DNA of 64,000 nucleotides from a virus (IMGVR_UViG_3300001525_000178:6176-70175), one strand, 5' to 3'. Numbered from the stretch's first letter, positions 47,243 to 58,120 are shown. Made by a program: numbers and translations. The notes: a model not told the origin generated them from the letters alone.

Positions 47243-48791
47243 AGTTTAATTGGCTTACAGTCATTTTTCTTGCCAAAATATCAAATGTTGTTGAAGAAAC
47301 AGCACGTGCTGTCGCTTCTGCGTCAGTCGCATTTGTCGTTACATTTATATCTCCTACTTGAATAACAGTTTGTGCAACAGGTGTTCTGTCGCTATATTTT
47401 TCTGCAATTTCACGTCTACGTTGTGCTGTTTGAAGTTTTCGTCTATCTTCTTCAACCCTTGCTTGCATTGAAGTGGGCTGTACTTTTTCTTTCCACCAAT
47501 CTTTAACGTCTTGTGGTATCATATTTTCAAGTGCAACCCTTGTAATATTTATCCAATGGTGAATTTTATAAAATAAATTATCAACAGCGTTTGGAAAAAA
47601 GATGTTTAAAATATCAACAACAGTCCATAACGTAAATACGATTGTTCCAATAAATGGTATAAAGTTTAATACACTTTTTAACAATGTTGATATTGCAAGT
47701 TTTGTAACAGCAGATTGAATACCAATTGTTGTCATACGTTTTGCTACAAACTTGAACAACCAAGCAAGTTTTGAAACTTGTGCAACCAAACCTTTTGACC
47801 AAGCAACAAGTTTAAGTGTCCACTTAACTATTCCGCCAACCACTTTCATTCCACCTATGAATAAAAGAATTTTAAGAAGCCCTTTAAGAATTTGATATAA
47901 TTCTTTTGCATGGTCGCCAGCAAAATCAAGTAACTTATTTACTTGTTGCAATCCAGATACTAAAGCGTCTGATACACCAGATTCTGCAAATTGTATCATT
48001 AAATATTGCCAATTGGCTTGCATACGTTGAATTTGTGCGTCTGGTGATTGCATAGCCTTTGCAAGAGCATTACCAGATACGTATGCTGTATGAACTGCTT
48101 TTGAAAATACTTGCAAGAATTGATTTGCATTTATTTTTCCAGCAGTAATATCTTCCCTAAATTTTTGAATATCAGAACCATAACCCATTGCTTGGGCTGC
48201 GATTGGCATAGCACTTGGTACAGCAGAACCTAATTGCATTGCTAAATCTTGCATATAGATTTTGCCTTTTGAAGACATTTCACGAAGGGCATATAATACA
48301 CGTGATTGTTGTTCTTCTGGAATATGAAGTACACGGAACGCTTCCATCCATTGACCAAAGATATCTTGTGCTACATTGCTACCAAGTGTCTTTTTAACGG
48401 TCGCATAAAAGATAGAATAGTTATCTGCTGTATTATATAAATCTAAACCTAAACGTCTTGATTGGTCAGATACCCATTGTAATTGTTCACCACCTTCATG
48501 GGCGCTATCGGCTACTGCGTTAAATCTTGATTTCATTGCACCAAGTCTAACAGTAGCGTCAACGAATTGTTGTGGCAAATCTCTTAAAGCAGAATAAATA
48601 TCAAAACCGATAAAGCCACGAAGCATATCTTTTCCAGAAAATATGCCCCTTCCACCAAACAATGATTGTGCTTGTGCTTTTGTGGCTTTCATCTGTTTGG
48701 TAGCAGATTGAAGATTTTTATTTAATTTTGTAAATCCTGTTTGTTTTACATGTGCTTCAAACAAAAGGATAAATTTATCTAAAATTCCCAT
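47208..48791 (-). CDS. Tape measure protein
   Basis: YALREMSSKGKIYMQDLAMQL tape-measure domain, hydrophobic helical middle. Confidence 0.88.
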   Translation of the reverse strand: MGILDKFILLFEAHVKQTGFTKLNKNLQSATKQMKATKAQAQSLFGGRGIFSGKDMLRGFIGFDIYSALRDLPQQFVDATVRLGAMKSRFNAVADSAHEGGEQLQWVSDQSRRLGLDLYNTADNYSIFYATVKKTLGSNVAQDIFGQWMEAFRVLHIPEEQQSRVLYALREMSSKGKIYMQDLAMQLGSAVPSAMPIAAQAMGYGSDIQKFREDITAGKINANQFLQVFSKAVHTAYVSGNALAKAMQSPDAQIQRMQANWQYLMIQFAESGVSDALVSGLQQVNKLLDFAGDHAKELYQILKGLLKILLFIGGMKVVGGIVKWTLKLVAWSKGLVAQVSKLAWLFKFVAKRMTTIGIQSAVTKLAISTLLKSVLNFIPFIGTIVFTLWTVVDILNIFFPNAVDNLFYKIHHWINITRVALENMIPQDVKDWWKEKVQPTSMQARVEEDRRKLQTAQRRREIAEKYSDRTPVAQTVIQVGDINVTTNATDAEATARAVSSTTFDILARKMTVSQLNYGPRKNNDTKY

Positions 48792-48809
48792 TATATTTTA
48801 TTCTGCCAC

Positions 48810-49480
48810 TTAACGTCTGCTTTGTGTTTCTCTTTTAAATTCTCTATCCAACTTTTCCATTTCAAGTGCTTCTTCACGATATGAAGCACACATAAAGGCT
48901 ATGTCAGATAAAGTCCATTCTTCTTCGATTTCTGATATTCTTTTATGTTCTTTTCTTGCAATTGAAATGCACATTGCCTTGAACATTTTTTCATCTTCTT
49001 CCAAATCTGTTTGGTCGATGAAATATTTTATTTCTTCACGCTGTTCAGAATGTTCTGAATTTCGTCTGCTTTCGGCAATGAGTTCACTTGTTGTTTTGCG
49101 AGTTTGTCCATTCCCTTCTTGATTAATGAAGGCAATGAAGCGAAAAAATCTTTATCATTCTCCATGATAACTTTGTATAACAAAATTGGCATATCGGTAA
49201 ACTTTCCAGCAAAGTGTTCATCAATATCTTGTATCAATTCACCGTTGCAATATAAAGTTTCTTCGTTGATAAATGCCTTCCAAAGATTATCATAATCATC
49301 ATTTACAAGTTCCATAATTTGATTTGAAATATCTGCTTCGCCACCAGATAATAATGCTGGAACAAGTGATGTTAATTTTGCTAAAATTGAACGTGTAGCC
49401 ATAAATGCTTTACGTCCACCAACTAAATAAAATTTATAAGTATCTTCACCAATTTTTACTGTTCTTTGTGGTAAACCCAT
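48810..49480 (-). CDS. Tail assembly chaperones G (49028-49480) and G-T via a -1 programmed frameshift
   Basis: Slippery T TTT TTC at 49148-49142; the -1 frame opens just after TGA TAA and is continuous to 48810. Confidence 0.8.
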
Positions 49481-49630
49481 TTTATCACCTTCCTTATTAA
49501 ATAAATATTAAAATACAGACCACTAGAAAGCGATTTAAGGTCGATTAAATATATTCTAGGATAAATCATACCAGAATAAAATTTAACAAGCCTTAAATCG
49601 TATCTAATAGTTTTCTATAAAGTTTTATAA

Positions 49631-50038
49631 CTATCCAATTTTGAAATCTTCTTCACATTCTAAACTGAAAGCAAAGCCACCAGCAGTTGTTAATGCTACT
49701 GCGTCATAACCTTTAACGTTTACTGCTGTTGAAGTCCAAGTTCTTTGACGAACAGGGTCAATTACTTTTACAATTAAGTTTTCGATTTGTTTATGTTGAT
49801 TGTGATAGTTTTCTAATCTATAAGCATTTTCAGCGTGTTCAAATAAAGTAAATGTGATACTGTCAACTTTATCATAATGTTCAACAGTTGCGTGTCCACC
49901 AGCTTTACCTTTTACAACTTCTGAATTGTCACCACCTGCTGTAATTTCAATATCAGCGTCTGCAAATTCACTTGCAGAAATAGTATATCCATCATAAGAG
50001 ATGATGACATGCTTTGGGTCATAAATATTTCCAGCCAT
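49631..50038 (-). CDS. Tail tube protein
   Basis: IYDPKHVIISYDG, ITFTL; downstream of sheath. Confidence 0.8.
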   Translation of the reverse strand: MAGNIYDPKHVIISYDGYTISASEFADADIEITAGGDNSEVVKGKAGGHATVEHYDKVDSITFTLFEHAENAYRLENYHNQHKQIENLIVKVIDPVRQRTWTSTAVNVKGYDAVALTTAGGFAFSLECEEDFKIG

Positions 50039-50060
50039 TTTTAACTCTCCTATAATTTAA

Positions 50061-51200
50061 CTATACTTGGTATGCTAAGTTGATTTGAACTTTCTTAGCG
50101 TTTAATGCTAATGTAACTTCTGCTTGTGCAACAAACATTTGTTGTGCATATAAAGAAGCAAAACTTCTTTGTGTTTCAGCAGTTGTAAGAACTTTTAAAG
50201 ATTGTCCTTTAACGATTGTTCCATCATCTGCAATGCTGTCAACTTTGAATAATCCTTCATTTTGTAATTGACGTAATACAGCTTGCAATTTACCTTCAAG
50301 CATTGTACCACCCCTATCATCATAAGGAATTTTCATTTCCAAAGCGTCCATACCAGCAGATTGCAAGTTTAAGATTGTTCTATCTAAAATAACTTGTTCT
50401 TGAATTGGATAACCGTTTGACATCTTTCCACCAGAAGTCAAGTTTCTTGTCATATAAGAACCAGCTTGACCAATATATGGTGTATAGTAGTTTACGTTAT
50501 TTTCTTCAAGTTTTACTTGTTCGTTTTCAGATAGAGTATCAACTGTGATACCTGTTGGTTTATCGAACACACCAGAAATTCTACCTGTTACACCAAATGC
50601 CATGATTGCACTTTCTGCTGAATGTAACCCTTCGTTATTGTTTGCGTGATAATAAAGAACAATCTTACGATTTGCGTCTTTTAACATCTTTGCAACATTA
50701 TCATAAGGGTCGCCTGTTTCTGGTGTAATTTGTGTATTTGTTAATACTTCTGGCTCTGCTGTCTGTGCGTAAGGTAGTTTACGTTTATCAGCAAAGTAGT
50801 GTGCAAAACTTGTGATATCATCATCATCTGTGCTTGCTAAATCCCATAAGTAACTATCTGTGTGACCTACACGATTTAAACCAGATTCGATTGTATCGTC
50901 TGTGTTTTTTATTTGTATTACAGTCAACTTTTCTAATGCAGATTTATTCATACCTGTATTAGTTTTTTGAGTGAAACTATCTTGTGCTAACTTATATACA
51001 ATATGTGTTTCTGGAAATTTTTCAGCAACACCTTGTAAACTTGTATATGTTTCTTGACCACTATCTGCAAAAGTTTTGCCATCTTTTAGTTCAGAATTTT
51101 CAAATCTTGCAACAATAGCTTTATTACGGAAGTAAGCACTTATGTCTACACTGATAACCTCTTGTTCATTGACTACGATAATATTATCAATTTGAGACAT
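50061..51200 (-). CDS. Tail sheath protein (DUF3383-like)
   Basis: SQIDNIIVV, ITVDTLS...LEENNVNYY, G.M..G..I, IPYDDRG. Confidence 0.85.
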   Translation of the reverse strand: MSQIDNIIVVNEQEVISVDISAYFRNKAIVARFENSELKDGKTFADSGQETYTSLQGVAEKFPETHIVYKLAQDSFTQKTNTGMNKSALEKLTVIQIKNTDDTIESGLNRVGHTDSYLWDLASTDDDDITSFAHYFADKRKLPYAQTAEPEVLTNTQITPETGDPYDNVAKMLKDANRKIVLYYHANNNEGLHSAESAIMAFGVTGRISGVFDKPTGITVDTLSENEQVKLEENNVNYYTPYIGQAGSYMTRNLTSGGKMSNGYPIQEQVILDRTILNLQSAGMDALEMKIPYDDRGGTMLEGKLQAVLRQLQNEGLFKVDSIADDGTIVKGQSLKVLTTAETQRSFASLYAQQMFVAQAEVTLALNAKKVQINLAYQV

Positions 51201-51221
51201 GCTTAAACACCCCCTTTAATA

Positions 51222-52124
51222 TTATTCATTTTCTTCTCCTATATAATATTTAAAATGTAAATTTTTTACCTTATTTCGTTTACCTTGACACACGTAACTT
51301 AAATTACTTGGATTAATATTAAGTTGCCTTGCACATTCTGATATTGACTTATAAACAATTCCCGTTTCAATGCAAATTACAGGTTTACAGCCAATATCCT
51401 TTTGCGCTTCACTCTGTTTTCGTCTAGTTTCTTCCGAATACTTTTTACCAAGTTTTGCTTGACGCATTTTTTCGATTACTTCTGGCGTATGCTTTCTGCC
51501 TTTATTCCAAGATGATTTACCTTTTAACTTTTCCCTCATTTTTTCTATGCTTTCTTCTGTTGTACCAACAGATAAATCATATTTTTTATTTGGGTCATAT
51601 TTATCTAGGTATTCAAAGTGTAGTCCGCCAGCAGATTTTGCTTTGTGTCTTAAAACATTATGTATTCCGCATTTATGTATTCCCAAAATACGCCCAGCTT
51701 CACCAATTGAGTTAAATATCTCTTTTGTATCTAAGCAAATGATTTTAACTGAATTAGGATTTCTTTCACCGCTCATATCTGCATGATTTTCTCTCATTTT
51801 TCTACGAGCTTCTTCGCTATGTTTCATGCCAAGATGTACAAATTCTCCGCCAGAAGAATAATTATAGCCAAAATCTGAATTATTTGACTTATATTTTGCA
51901 ATTAATTCCTTTTCTAAACTATATGCTTGAGTATCGGTTAAATCTTGATATAAAACTTCGTGAGAAAAGTTATCCCAACCGTATTTTTGAATTGCAGAAT
52001 AAAAATGTTTATTACCCATATAGCCAGAGCCATTTTTCCAACGTTCTTCTGGAGTTTTTGAAGTAATACCTATATATATCTTTCCGTTAACTAAGTTTGT
52101 ATGTTTGTAAACCAAATAAGCCAT
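51222..52124 (-). CDS. Free-standing GIY-YIG homing endonuclease with NUMOD3/NUMOD1 repeats
   Basis: VYKHTNLVNGKIYIGIT, GMKHSEEARRKM, KPVICIETG. Confidence 0.9.
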   Translation of the reverse strand: MAYLVYKHTNLVNGKIYIGITSKTPEERWKNGSGYMGNKHFYSAIQKYGWDNFSHEVLYQDLTDTQAYSLEKELIAKYKSNNSDFGYNYSSGGEFVHLGMKHSEEARRKMRENHADMSGERNPNSVKIICLDTKEIFNSIGEAGRILGIHKCGIHNVLRHKAKSAGGLHFEYLDKYDPNKKYDLSVGTTEESIEKMREKLKGKSSWNKGRKHTPEVIEKMRQAKLGKKYSEETRRKQSEAQKDIGCKPVICIETGIVYKSISECARQLNINPSNLSYVCQGKRNKVKNLHFKYYIGEENE

Positions 52125-52129
52125 ACATG

Positions 52130-52804
52130 TTAAATATTTTCATTATTGTTTGTATTATTAAAAATTATATCTTCCTCATATATGCCGTCATTCAAGTTTA
52201 AATGAACGCCACGAGCCATTGGTATTTCTTCTCTATCAACGTACATATATTGGAATACACAATTAAATTGCGTACTATGGCAATTATATGTGTTTTCAAA
52301 AACGCTAACGTCCATTATTTGTCGCATATTTTGAGCGTCTGTTACGACAGATATTGGGGTAGCTATATTGTTTCCAAATGTGAACCAATCAGAACAACTA
52401 TCTGATTTGAGATTGGTTCTTAGGTAGTCACTAGCGTTATCGACTAAATTTTGAGCCTGTAAGTCGTTTAAGCCAAGTCTTTTGTTTGGCATTGCAGATA
52501 TCTTGAACCTTATATCTACAACGTGAATTTCATTTATATTTCTATATATCTTATTGCCTTCTACGGTATATGAGCCAGATGTACCAAGCGAAGGGCTATA
52601 ATCGTCTTTAATTGTTAATATACAAGTTAACGCGTCATACGGTCTAAAAGATTGTGTATTTGCCCAATAAACGTTTGGTGCTGTCTTTTTTACCTTATCA
52701 ACTTCATATTCATATATTTTAAAATATTCTGGATATTTTGCGTGAAGCACGTCATAAACATATGTTATAACTGCTTTTTTAAATAAATCAGAAGTTATTA
52801 TCAT
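52130..52804 (-). CDS. Neck/tail terminator-like protein
   Basis: Position before the sheath; size. Confidence 0.55.
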   Translation of the reverse strand: MIITSDLFKKAVITYVYDVLHAKYPEYFKIYEYEVDKVKKTAPNVYWANTQSFRPYDALTCILTIKDDYSPSLGTSGSYTVEGNKIYRNINEIHVVDIRFKISAMPNKRLGLNDLQAQNLVDNASDYLRTNLKSDSCSDWFTFGNNIATPISVVTDAQNMRQIMDVSVFENTYNCHSTQFNCVFQYMYVDREEIPMARGVHLNLNDGIYEEDIIFNNTNNNENI

Positions 52805-53232
52805 GGTTCATCACCGCCCTCTGGTGGAACAGGTGTTACTGCTTCAACATAATCTGTATCAATTTCAGCAATAAATGTTCGCCAAGCGTGGTTCATTCCA
52901 CCAGCACATAATCTTGCACTTGGAACGATTACTTTATAAGTTTTTCCATCGTTTGGTGTATAGATAAATGCTGTATTATCAATTTCAACTGTTGAATACA
53001 TCTTTCGTACAACTTTATCTGTTTTACCTTCTGGGATATAATCAATATCGTCTTTGGTAATTGGCATTAAACCAACTTTTATTTCTTGTACATTATCGAC
53101 TGTTGAACTTTCACCTGTTTCAAAGTCATATCCAACTTGTTCGTGAACTGTAACTGTTACAGGTTCAGCACCCAACATGGTTTCAATCATATTTTGTGTT
53201 ATGTTTTGAAATTTCTTCCAATTAGGTGGCAT
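52801..53232 (-). CDS. Head-tail adaptor/closure protein
   Basis: GLMPIT..DIDYIPEG motif; position. Confidence 0.55.
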   Translation of the reverse strand: MPPNWKKFQNITQNMIETMLGAEPVTVTVHEQVGYDFETGESSTVDNVQEIKVGLMPITKDDIDYIPEGKTDKVVRKMYSTVEIDNTAFIYTPNDGKTYKVIVPSARLCAGGMNHAWRTFIAEIDTDYVEAVTPVPPEGGDEP

Positions 53233-53235
53233 ATC

Positions 53236-53931
53236 TTAAACCAATTTTCCTTTTCCAATATATTTGTTTATATCGGTCATTATATTTTCAATTTGTTTTA
53301 ATGCTTTTGACTTTCCGTTTTCGCCCCAACGTCCACCTTTTCGTTTTTCAGATTTTCCTGTAATGCTATAACGCAATCTTCCTGTTTCTTCAAGTGGAAC
53401 ATTGCCATTTTTAAGCATTATAGTTAATGGTGCGTTTGGTGCTAAATCTGGTGAGCCAATTCTATCTTTTTGTTTTGTTGCTACAAAATTTGCTAATAAT
53501 TTAAACAATTGTTTGCAGTATGTTCTATTTTTTCTAACTTCTGGATTAAGATAGTTTAAAACCAATTGTCTTGCATAGTTTTTAACTTGTTCCCATATTG
53601 CTGGAAATTTGTAAACACTTATAAAAGGTCTTGCTGGCACTTCTAAATGTGTTCCAGCCCTTACTAAAACTTTGTCCCTTGCAACTGTATATCCGCCAGA
53701 AAAGGTATTTCCTTTAATTAATGGTTTGTAAAGCGTTTTCCTTTGAACCCAATCATAACCCTGTTCAAGCAATTGTGCAAGTCCAGCAAGGTTTAATCCT
53801 TTTCCAACTCTAGGATTTTTACCTCTTTGAATGCCAGATGAACCTTGATACATTTGCAAATAAACAAGTTTTGAAATAAGGGTTTTTAATCCTTTTTTCT
53901 TATGAATTACTACAAAACATTCATCAGTCAT
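53236..53931 (-). CDS. Virion morphogenesis/neck protein
   Basis: VPARPFI, PNAPLTI..K.G..PLEETGRLRYSIT. Confidence 0.75.
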   Translation of the reverse strand: MTDECFVVIHKKKGLKTLISKLVYLQMYQGSSGIQRGKNPRVGKGLNLAGLAQLLEQGYDWVQRKTLYKPLIKGNTFSGGYTVARDKVLVRAGTHLEVPARPFISVYKFPAIWEQVKNYARQLVLNYLNPEVRKNRTYCKQLFKLLANFVATKQKDRIGSPDLAPNAPLTIMLKNGNVPLEETGRLRYSITGKSEKRKGGRWGENGKSKALKQIENIMTDINKYIGKGKLV

Positions 53932-54379
53932 AATATGGACCGTAGTCGGTTGTTCTATCTACCCTTGTATTTGCATAATCATTCCAACGTGGTGGAATAA
54001 TTGTGCCACGTTTCATTGCGTCATAGTTTGCTTTTCTATCTGCTGTATAAATGCCATAAGCACGCATTTGACCAACAGATAATGGTGACGTACCATTCGC
54101 AATTGCGTCTTGCAAATCTTTTAGTATTGATTGATAATAACCAGCCTTATTCTTACTCTCCTTATAGGAGATTGTATCAAGTTTATATTCGTCTCCAGAA
54201 GTTGAAGCATACTGTGCTACAAGACCTTGTAAGGCGAATATACTTGCTTGCCCTAGATTTCCATGTACGACATCTAAAAAACCCTGTATTTGGTCATCAG
54301 TGTACTCAAAATCTTCTTCATTCAAGTCGCCAATAATTAAACGAACTTGACCGATTGGTGTATTATAATCAATTGCCAT
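53924..54379 (-). CDS. Head-tail connector protein
   Basis: YNTPIGQVRLIIGD...FTDDQI-like motif. Confidence 0.7.
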   Translation of the reverse strand: MAIDYNTPIGQVRLIIGDLNEEDFEYTDDQIQGFLDVVHGNLGQASIFALQGLVAQYASTSGDEYKLDTISYKESKNKAGYYQSILKDLQDAIANGTSPLSVGQMRAYGIYTADRKANYDAMKRGTIIPPRWNDYANTRVDRTTDYGPYYD

Positions 54380-54857
54380 TATTAGTTAAACTCTCTAATA
54401 TCAATTCTTCTTGTGTATTAGTTATCCAACTTCTTTTATCTTGAACTTCAATCCCAAGATTTTTGATATAATCAACTATATCTTCTTTGTCGATTGAAAA
54501 ATCTGCTAAGAATTGGTGCAAAGGTCTTTTTGTTTCTATCTTTTTTTTTATAACCTTTTTAATATATCCTAATTCCAATAAATTGTCCAAACTTTCTTTT
54601 GTAAATTCTTTATAATCTACAAAATCGTTCCAAGAATACTTGCTTTTACCAGAAGATAAATTACCAATTTGACAAATAAAATCGCATTGTTCGTTCGGAA
54701 TATCCTCAAAACAATTTACGTCTTTTAAATCTAAATCAATATAATCTGTTGGACAAAATTCGTAAATATCACCAACATTTAATTCTGGTCTGTTGTATAA
54801 AGGAATTGCGTCGACATGACGTACAACATTCATTGGAATTAAAACACTTCTATTCAT
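54369..54857 (-). CDS. Hypothetical protein with IF2 N-terminal-like C-terminal domain
   Basis: KRPLHQFL...IDKEDIVDYIKNLGIEVQDKRSWIT...ELI. Confidence 0.45.
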   Translation of the reverse strand: MNRSVLIPMNVVRHVDAIPLYNRPELNVGDIYEFCPTDYIDLDLKDVNCFEDIPNEQCDFICQIGNLSSGKSKYSWNDFVDYKEFTKESLDNLLELGYIKKVIKKKIETKRPLHQFLADFSIDKEDIVDYIKNLGIEVQDKRSWITNTQEELILESLTNNGN

Positions 54858-54915
54858 TCAATCATCTTCCCTATTAAAATAAAATAAACTTATTTATCAT
54901 CAAAGATTGGATAAT

Positions 54916-54933
54916 GGGGTGGATAACCACCCC
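54916..54933. terminator. Hairpin after the major capsid gene (terminator/stabiliser)
   Basis: GGGGTGG-ATAA-CCACCCC. Confidence 0.5.
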
Positions 54934-54968
54934 AAAACCAATTTATATTAAATCTAATCGTTATTCGA

Positions 54969-55925
54969 CTAAACCAAAGATGTGAAAAGTGCACCACCGC
55001 CAGCGATTTCGATTACGATATCGAAGTCTTGTACTACACGAACAACATCAGAAGCGATTAAAGGTAATCTGTAAGTTTGTAAGATGATACCTTTTGTACC
55101 TCTACCGTAAACTTGGTCGTTTACAAATGCTTTGATTGTTGAAGGGTTTGTAGCACCATCAACGTTACCACGGAAGTACAATAATGCTTTACCTTTTGCT
55201 AAGAAATCAATTGTTTGAGTTTCTTGACCTTCATTTGTTGTTGTTTCAACTGCTTGCATAACGTAAACATTTTTAACACCAAATAAGTAAGCCAATTTGT
55301 CAACTGTAACAATTCTATCAGCGTCTGTTCTTAAAACTGTACCTAAGATGTGTGCGTTTTGTTTTAATGCTTCAAATACATCTTCTGTGATGATTAATGT
55401 ATCTGGGTTTCTACCAATTTTTGCTTTGATTTTTGATTTTGCACTGTCAATATCAGCAATTGGGTTTGAATTTGCATTATTCCATTTTAAGCATTGGTTG
55501 CCTGTTGGAGTTGCGTCAACACCTGTAATATCTAAACCAAAGTTACCAGCAACCATTAATTCTGCTAATTTTGCGTCATAGTTGAACATTGCGTCTTCAA
55601 CCATTTTGTTGCCAGCAGTTTCTAAACTGTCTTCCAATCTATCTCTATCATCAACAGGGAAGTCGACACCATATTGTTTGCAGTTGAATACTTTTGGTTC
55701 TAAGCCTAAAGTGAATTTTTTAAATTCTTCACCACCAGCTCTTAAAGCGATACCACGTCTACGCATATCAGCGTCTTTGTATTTTTTGTAGTTGCCGTTG
55801 ACTTTATCTGTGTAAATCATTGGAATTGCACCATTGGCAACTACGAAGTCATCTCTATCTTCTAACAATGCGATTGCTTTCTTTGTTAGCACTTCGTCAA
55901 ATTGTACTTCTGTATGCTCTAACAT
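54969..55925 (-). CDS. Major capsid protein (lambda gpE-like)
   Basis: WNNANSNPIADI, PDTLIITEDVFEALKQN, LAYLFGVKNV; position. Confidence 0.88.
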   Translation of the reverse strand: MLEHTEVQFDEVLTKKAIALLEDRDDFVVANGAIPMIYTDKVNGNYKKYKDADMRRRGIALRAGGEEFKKFTLGLEPKVFNCKQYGVDFPVDDRDRLEDSLETAGNKMVEDAMFNYDAKLAELMVAGNFGLDITGVDATPTGNQCLKWNNANSNPIADIDSAKSKIKAKIGRNPDTLIITEDVFEALKQNAHILGTVLRTDADRIVTVDKLAYLFGVKNVYVMQAVETTTNEGQETQTIDFLAKGKALLYFRGNVDGATNPSTIKAFVNDQVYGRGTKGIILQTYRLPLIASDVVRVVQDFDIVIEIAGGGALFTSLV

Positions 55926-55993
55926 ATTATTAAAACTCCTATTTGTTTTTCTATGTAATAAACTAAATTAAAAATTAAATCCTATTCTTAAAA

Positions 55994-56338
55994 CTAAGTT
56001 GAAGGATTGTGTTGGTCACGGTCAACTACAACAGCAATGATGTCATTTGCAGAACCAGATTCTAAAGCAACAGCAATCGCTTTTTTACCGTCTGTAACAA
56101 CTTGCATTGCACCACCAGCAGTAGCCATTAATTGGTCGCCAGCGTTTACTGCACCAGCCAATTTTGCTTTTGCTTCACCAAATACAGCAACACCAACTTC
56201 TTCACCAGATTTACCGTCATTTCTTAAAATACCAATAGCAGTATCGTCTGTTGCTAAAACAGCTTTGCCATTAGCGTCTAATTTTACTGCTAGACCAACT
56301 TTTCCTGTTAAGTCTGCACCAGCATTAATATTTGCCAT
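55994..56338 (-). CDS. Head decoration/cement protein (DUF2190-like)
   Basis: IGIL, V.V.G.AK..LAGAVNAGDQL, A.G.A...AIAVALES. Confidence 0.8.
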   Translation of the reverse strand: MANINAGADLTGKVGLAVKLDANGKAVLATDDTAIGILRNDGKSGEEVGVAVFGEAKAKLAGAVNAGDQLMATAGGAMQVVTDGKKAIAVALESGSANDIIAVVVDRDQHNPST

Positions 56339-56387
56339 TTGAATTTACTCCTATTTTATTTCTATTATAATTTCTTTACAATATAAA

Positions 56388-57461
56388 TTATTTTCTGCGT
56401 CTTGCCTTACTTGTTGCGTCTTTTGCTTGTTTCAAGTTTCTTGCACCTGTGACATAAAGCAATGCTTGACCTTCTGTTAAATCAAACTCATTTTGTGCTT
56501 GTTTAACTTTTTCATTCAATAATTCTTTTTCGCTTTTTGGTTCAACATTTAATTGATGTCCAACTTCTTGGCAATCTTTTAAGTTTGAACTTGAAAGTTG
56601 TTTTAAAGAATTAAAGATAAATTCTTTTGTACCTTCGTTTAAAACTGAATTTTTAATTTCATACAAGAAATCAACTGTTTCATTTGTCGATAAAGGAATA
56701 CCAGCATAATCTTGATTTACTTCTCTTTCGATTTCAGCTTTTTCAAGTTTTAATGCTTGTTCTGCTTCCTTTGCTTTCATTTGAGCAAGTTCTTGTTTTA
56801 CTCTTTCCAATTCTTCAATTGTTTCATTTGAAGGTGCTGGAATGTCAATCTTTGCGTTTTCTACACCAGCAACATCTGTAACGCTTTCTGCATTATCTGT
56901 TGCAACTGTTTCTGTTTCACTTTCAGAAGATGGCTCAATACCTTCTGTTACGTTTTCTTCAACCTCTGTTGCAACTTGTGTAACTTCTACTTGTTCACTT
57001 TGAACAGACTGTTCTGTTTCTGCTGAATGAATTAAATCAGATGGCTCAATATCTGATACTTCATTTAAAGGTTGTTCTTCACTTTCAGCACTTGGCTCTG
57101 TTACTGATTGTGTTTCGTCAACCACAGTATCTTCTGAAACGTCTTCTGAACCTGCTTGTTCATTGCTTTCAGTAGTTGTTACTTGATTTTCTTCTTGTGT
57201 TTCTACTTGTTCGATTTCGTTGCTTTCAACTGAAACTTCGATTGTGTTATCAGTTTGCATATCAACGACTTCGTTTGTAATTTGATTTTCTTCCACTACA
57301 TCGTCCTCTTTTTTTACTGCTTTTGGCTCATAAATTGGAATTGAATGAATTACATCTTCTCTTGATAATTCTCTTAATTCCTTTTCCATTTTAATTTCTT
57401 CTGCTGATTGCGTTTCAAAACCTAGCAATTGAGCCAACTTATTATTGATATTAAATAACAT
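56388..57461 (-). CDS. Capsid scaffolding protein
   Basis: Very acidic E/T/V-rich linker plus C-terminal coiled coil, between protease and capsid. Confidence 0.65.
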   Translation of the reverse strand: MLFNINNKLAQLLGFETQSAEEIKMEKELRELSREDVIHSIPIYEPKAVKKEDDVVEENQITNEVVDMQTDNTIEVSVESNEIEQVETQEENQVTTTESNEQAGSEDVSEDTVVDETQSVTEPSAESEEQPLNEVSDIEPSDLIHSAETEQSVQSEQVEVTQVATEVEENVTEGIEPSSESETETVATDNAESVTDVAGVENAKIDIPAPSNETIEELERVKQELAQMKAKEAEQALKLEKAEIEREVNQDYAGIPLSTNETVDFLYEIKNSVLNEGTKEFIFNSLKQLSSSNLKDCQEVGHQLNVEPKSEKELLNEKVKQAQNEFDLTEGQALLYVTGARNLKQAKDATSKARRRK

Positions 57462-57472
57462 TATATATCTCC

Positions 57473-58120
57473 CTATTCAATCCCTTCAAGCGATATTTTA
57501 TTGATTATTGGTTCGTTCTTTGCGTTTGCCCATTCTTCGTAAATTACACCAATATTTCTTAATGCTTCATTCATTGGCATTATTTTATCAGCCCAGCCAT
57601 GTTGTATCATTTCTTCTGCTGTTAAATAAATATCTGCATTTTTTGCTTGTGTAATTAAGTTTTCTGTATAACCAGCTTCGTGATTTCCAGCCTTATCAAA
57701 TAATTTATAAAACATTTTATCATTTAACATATTTGCGTGTTCGTAACCTGCTTTCATATCAGCAACTTTTCCCCAAGTAAATGAAGATACTTGGTGAATT
57801 AAACTTGTTGTATTTGGACCAACAATACGCATACCCTTTGTTGCCGAAACAAATAAATCAGCACCGCAACTCATGGCATTTCCTGTTGAAATTGTCATAA
57901 CAGGTTTTGTTGAACCTTGAATACAATCAAGCAATGAACCTAAACAACTTACTGCGCCACCGTATGAATTAATTACGATTGGAACAACGGGTGTATCCAA
58001 ACTTTCAAGATACATAAATGCGTCTACATACAAGCTGTTTAATACAGGGTGAAAGTAATTTACTTCCAAATATTGGATTTCTGGCATTTTGCCTTCATCT
58101 GACATCTTTCTTATCCTCAC
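57473..58120 (-). CDS. ClpP-like prohead protease
   Basis: INSYGG, GNAMSCG (Ser), LIHQVS (His), DIYLTAEE...GWADKI. Confidence 0.88.
   Translation of the reverse strand: MRIRKMSDEGKMPEIQYLEVNYFHPVLNSLYVDAFMYLESLDTPVVPIVINSYGGAVSCLGSLLDCIQGSTKPVMTISTGNAMSCGADLFVSATKGMRIVGPNTTSLIHQVSSFTWGKVADMKAGYEHANMLNDKMFYKLFDKAGNHEAGYTENLITQAKNADIYLTAEEMIQHGWADKIMPMNEALRNIGVIYEEWANAKNEPIINKISLEGIE

Noticed and set aside
52130-52804. Apparent codon-usage shift next to the GIY-YIG gene suggesting homing co-conversion
   Set aside because: An impression only; it cannot be quantified without computation
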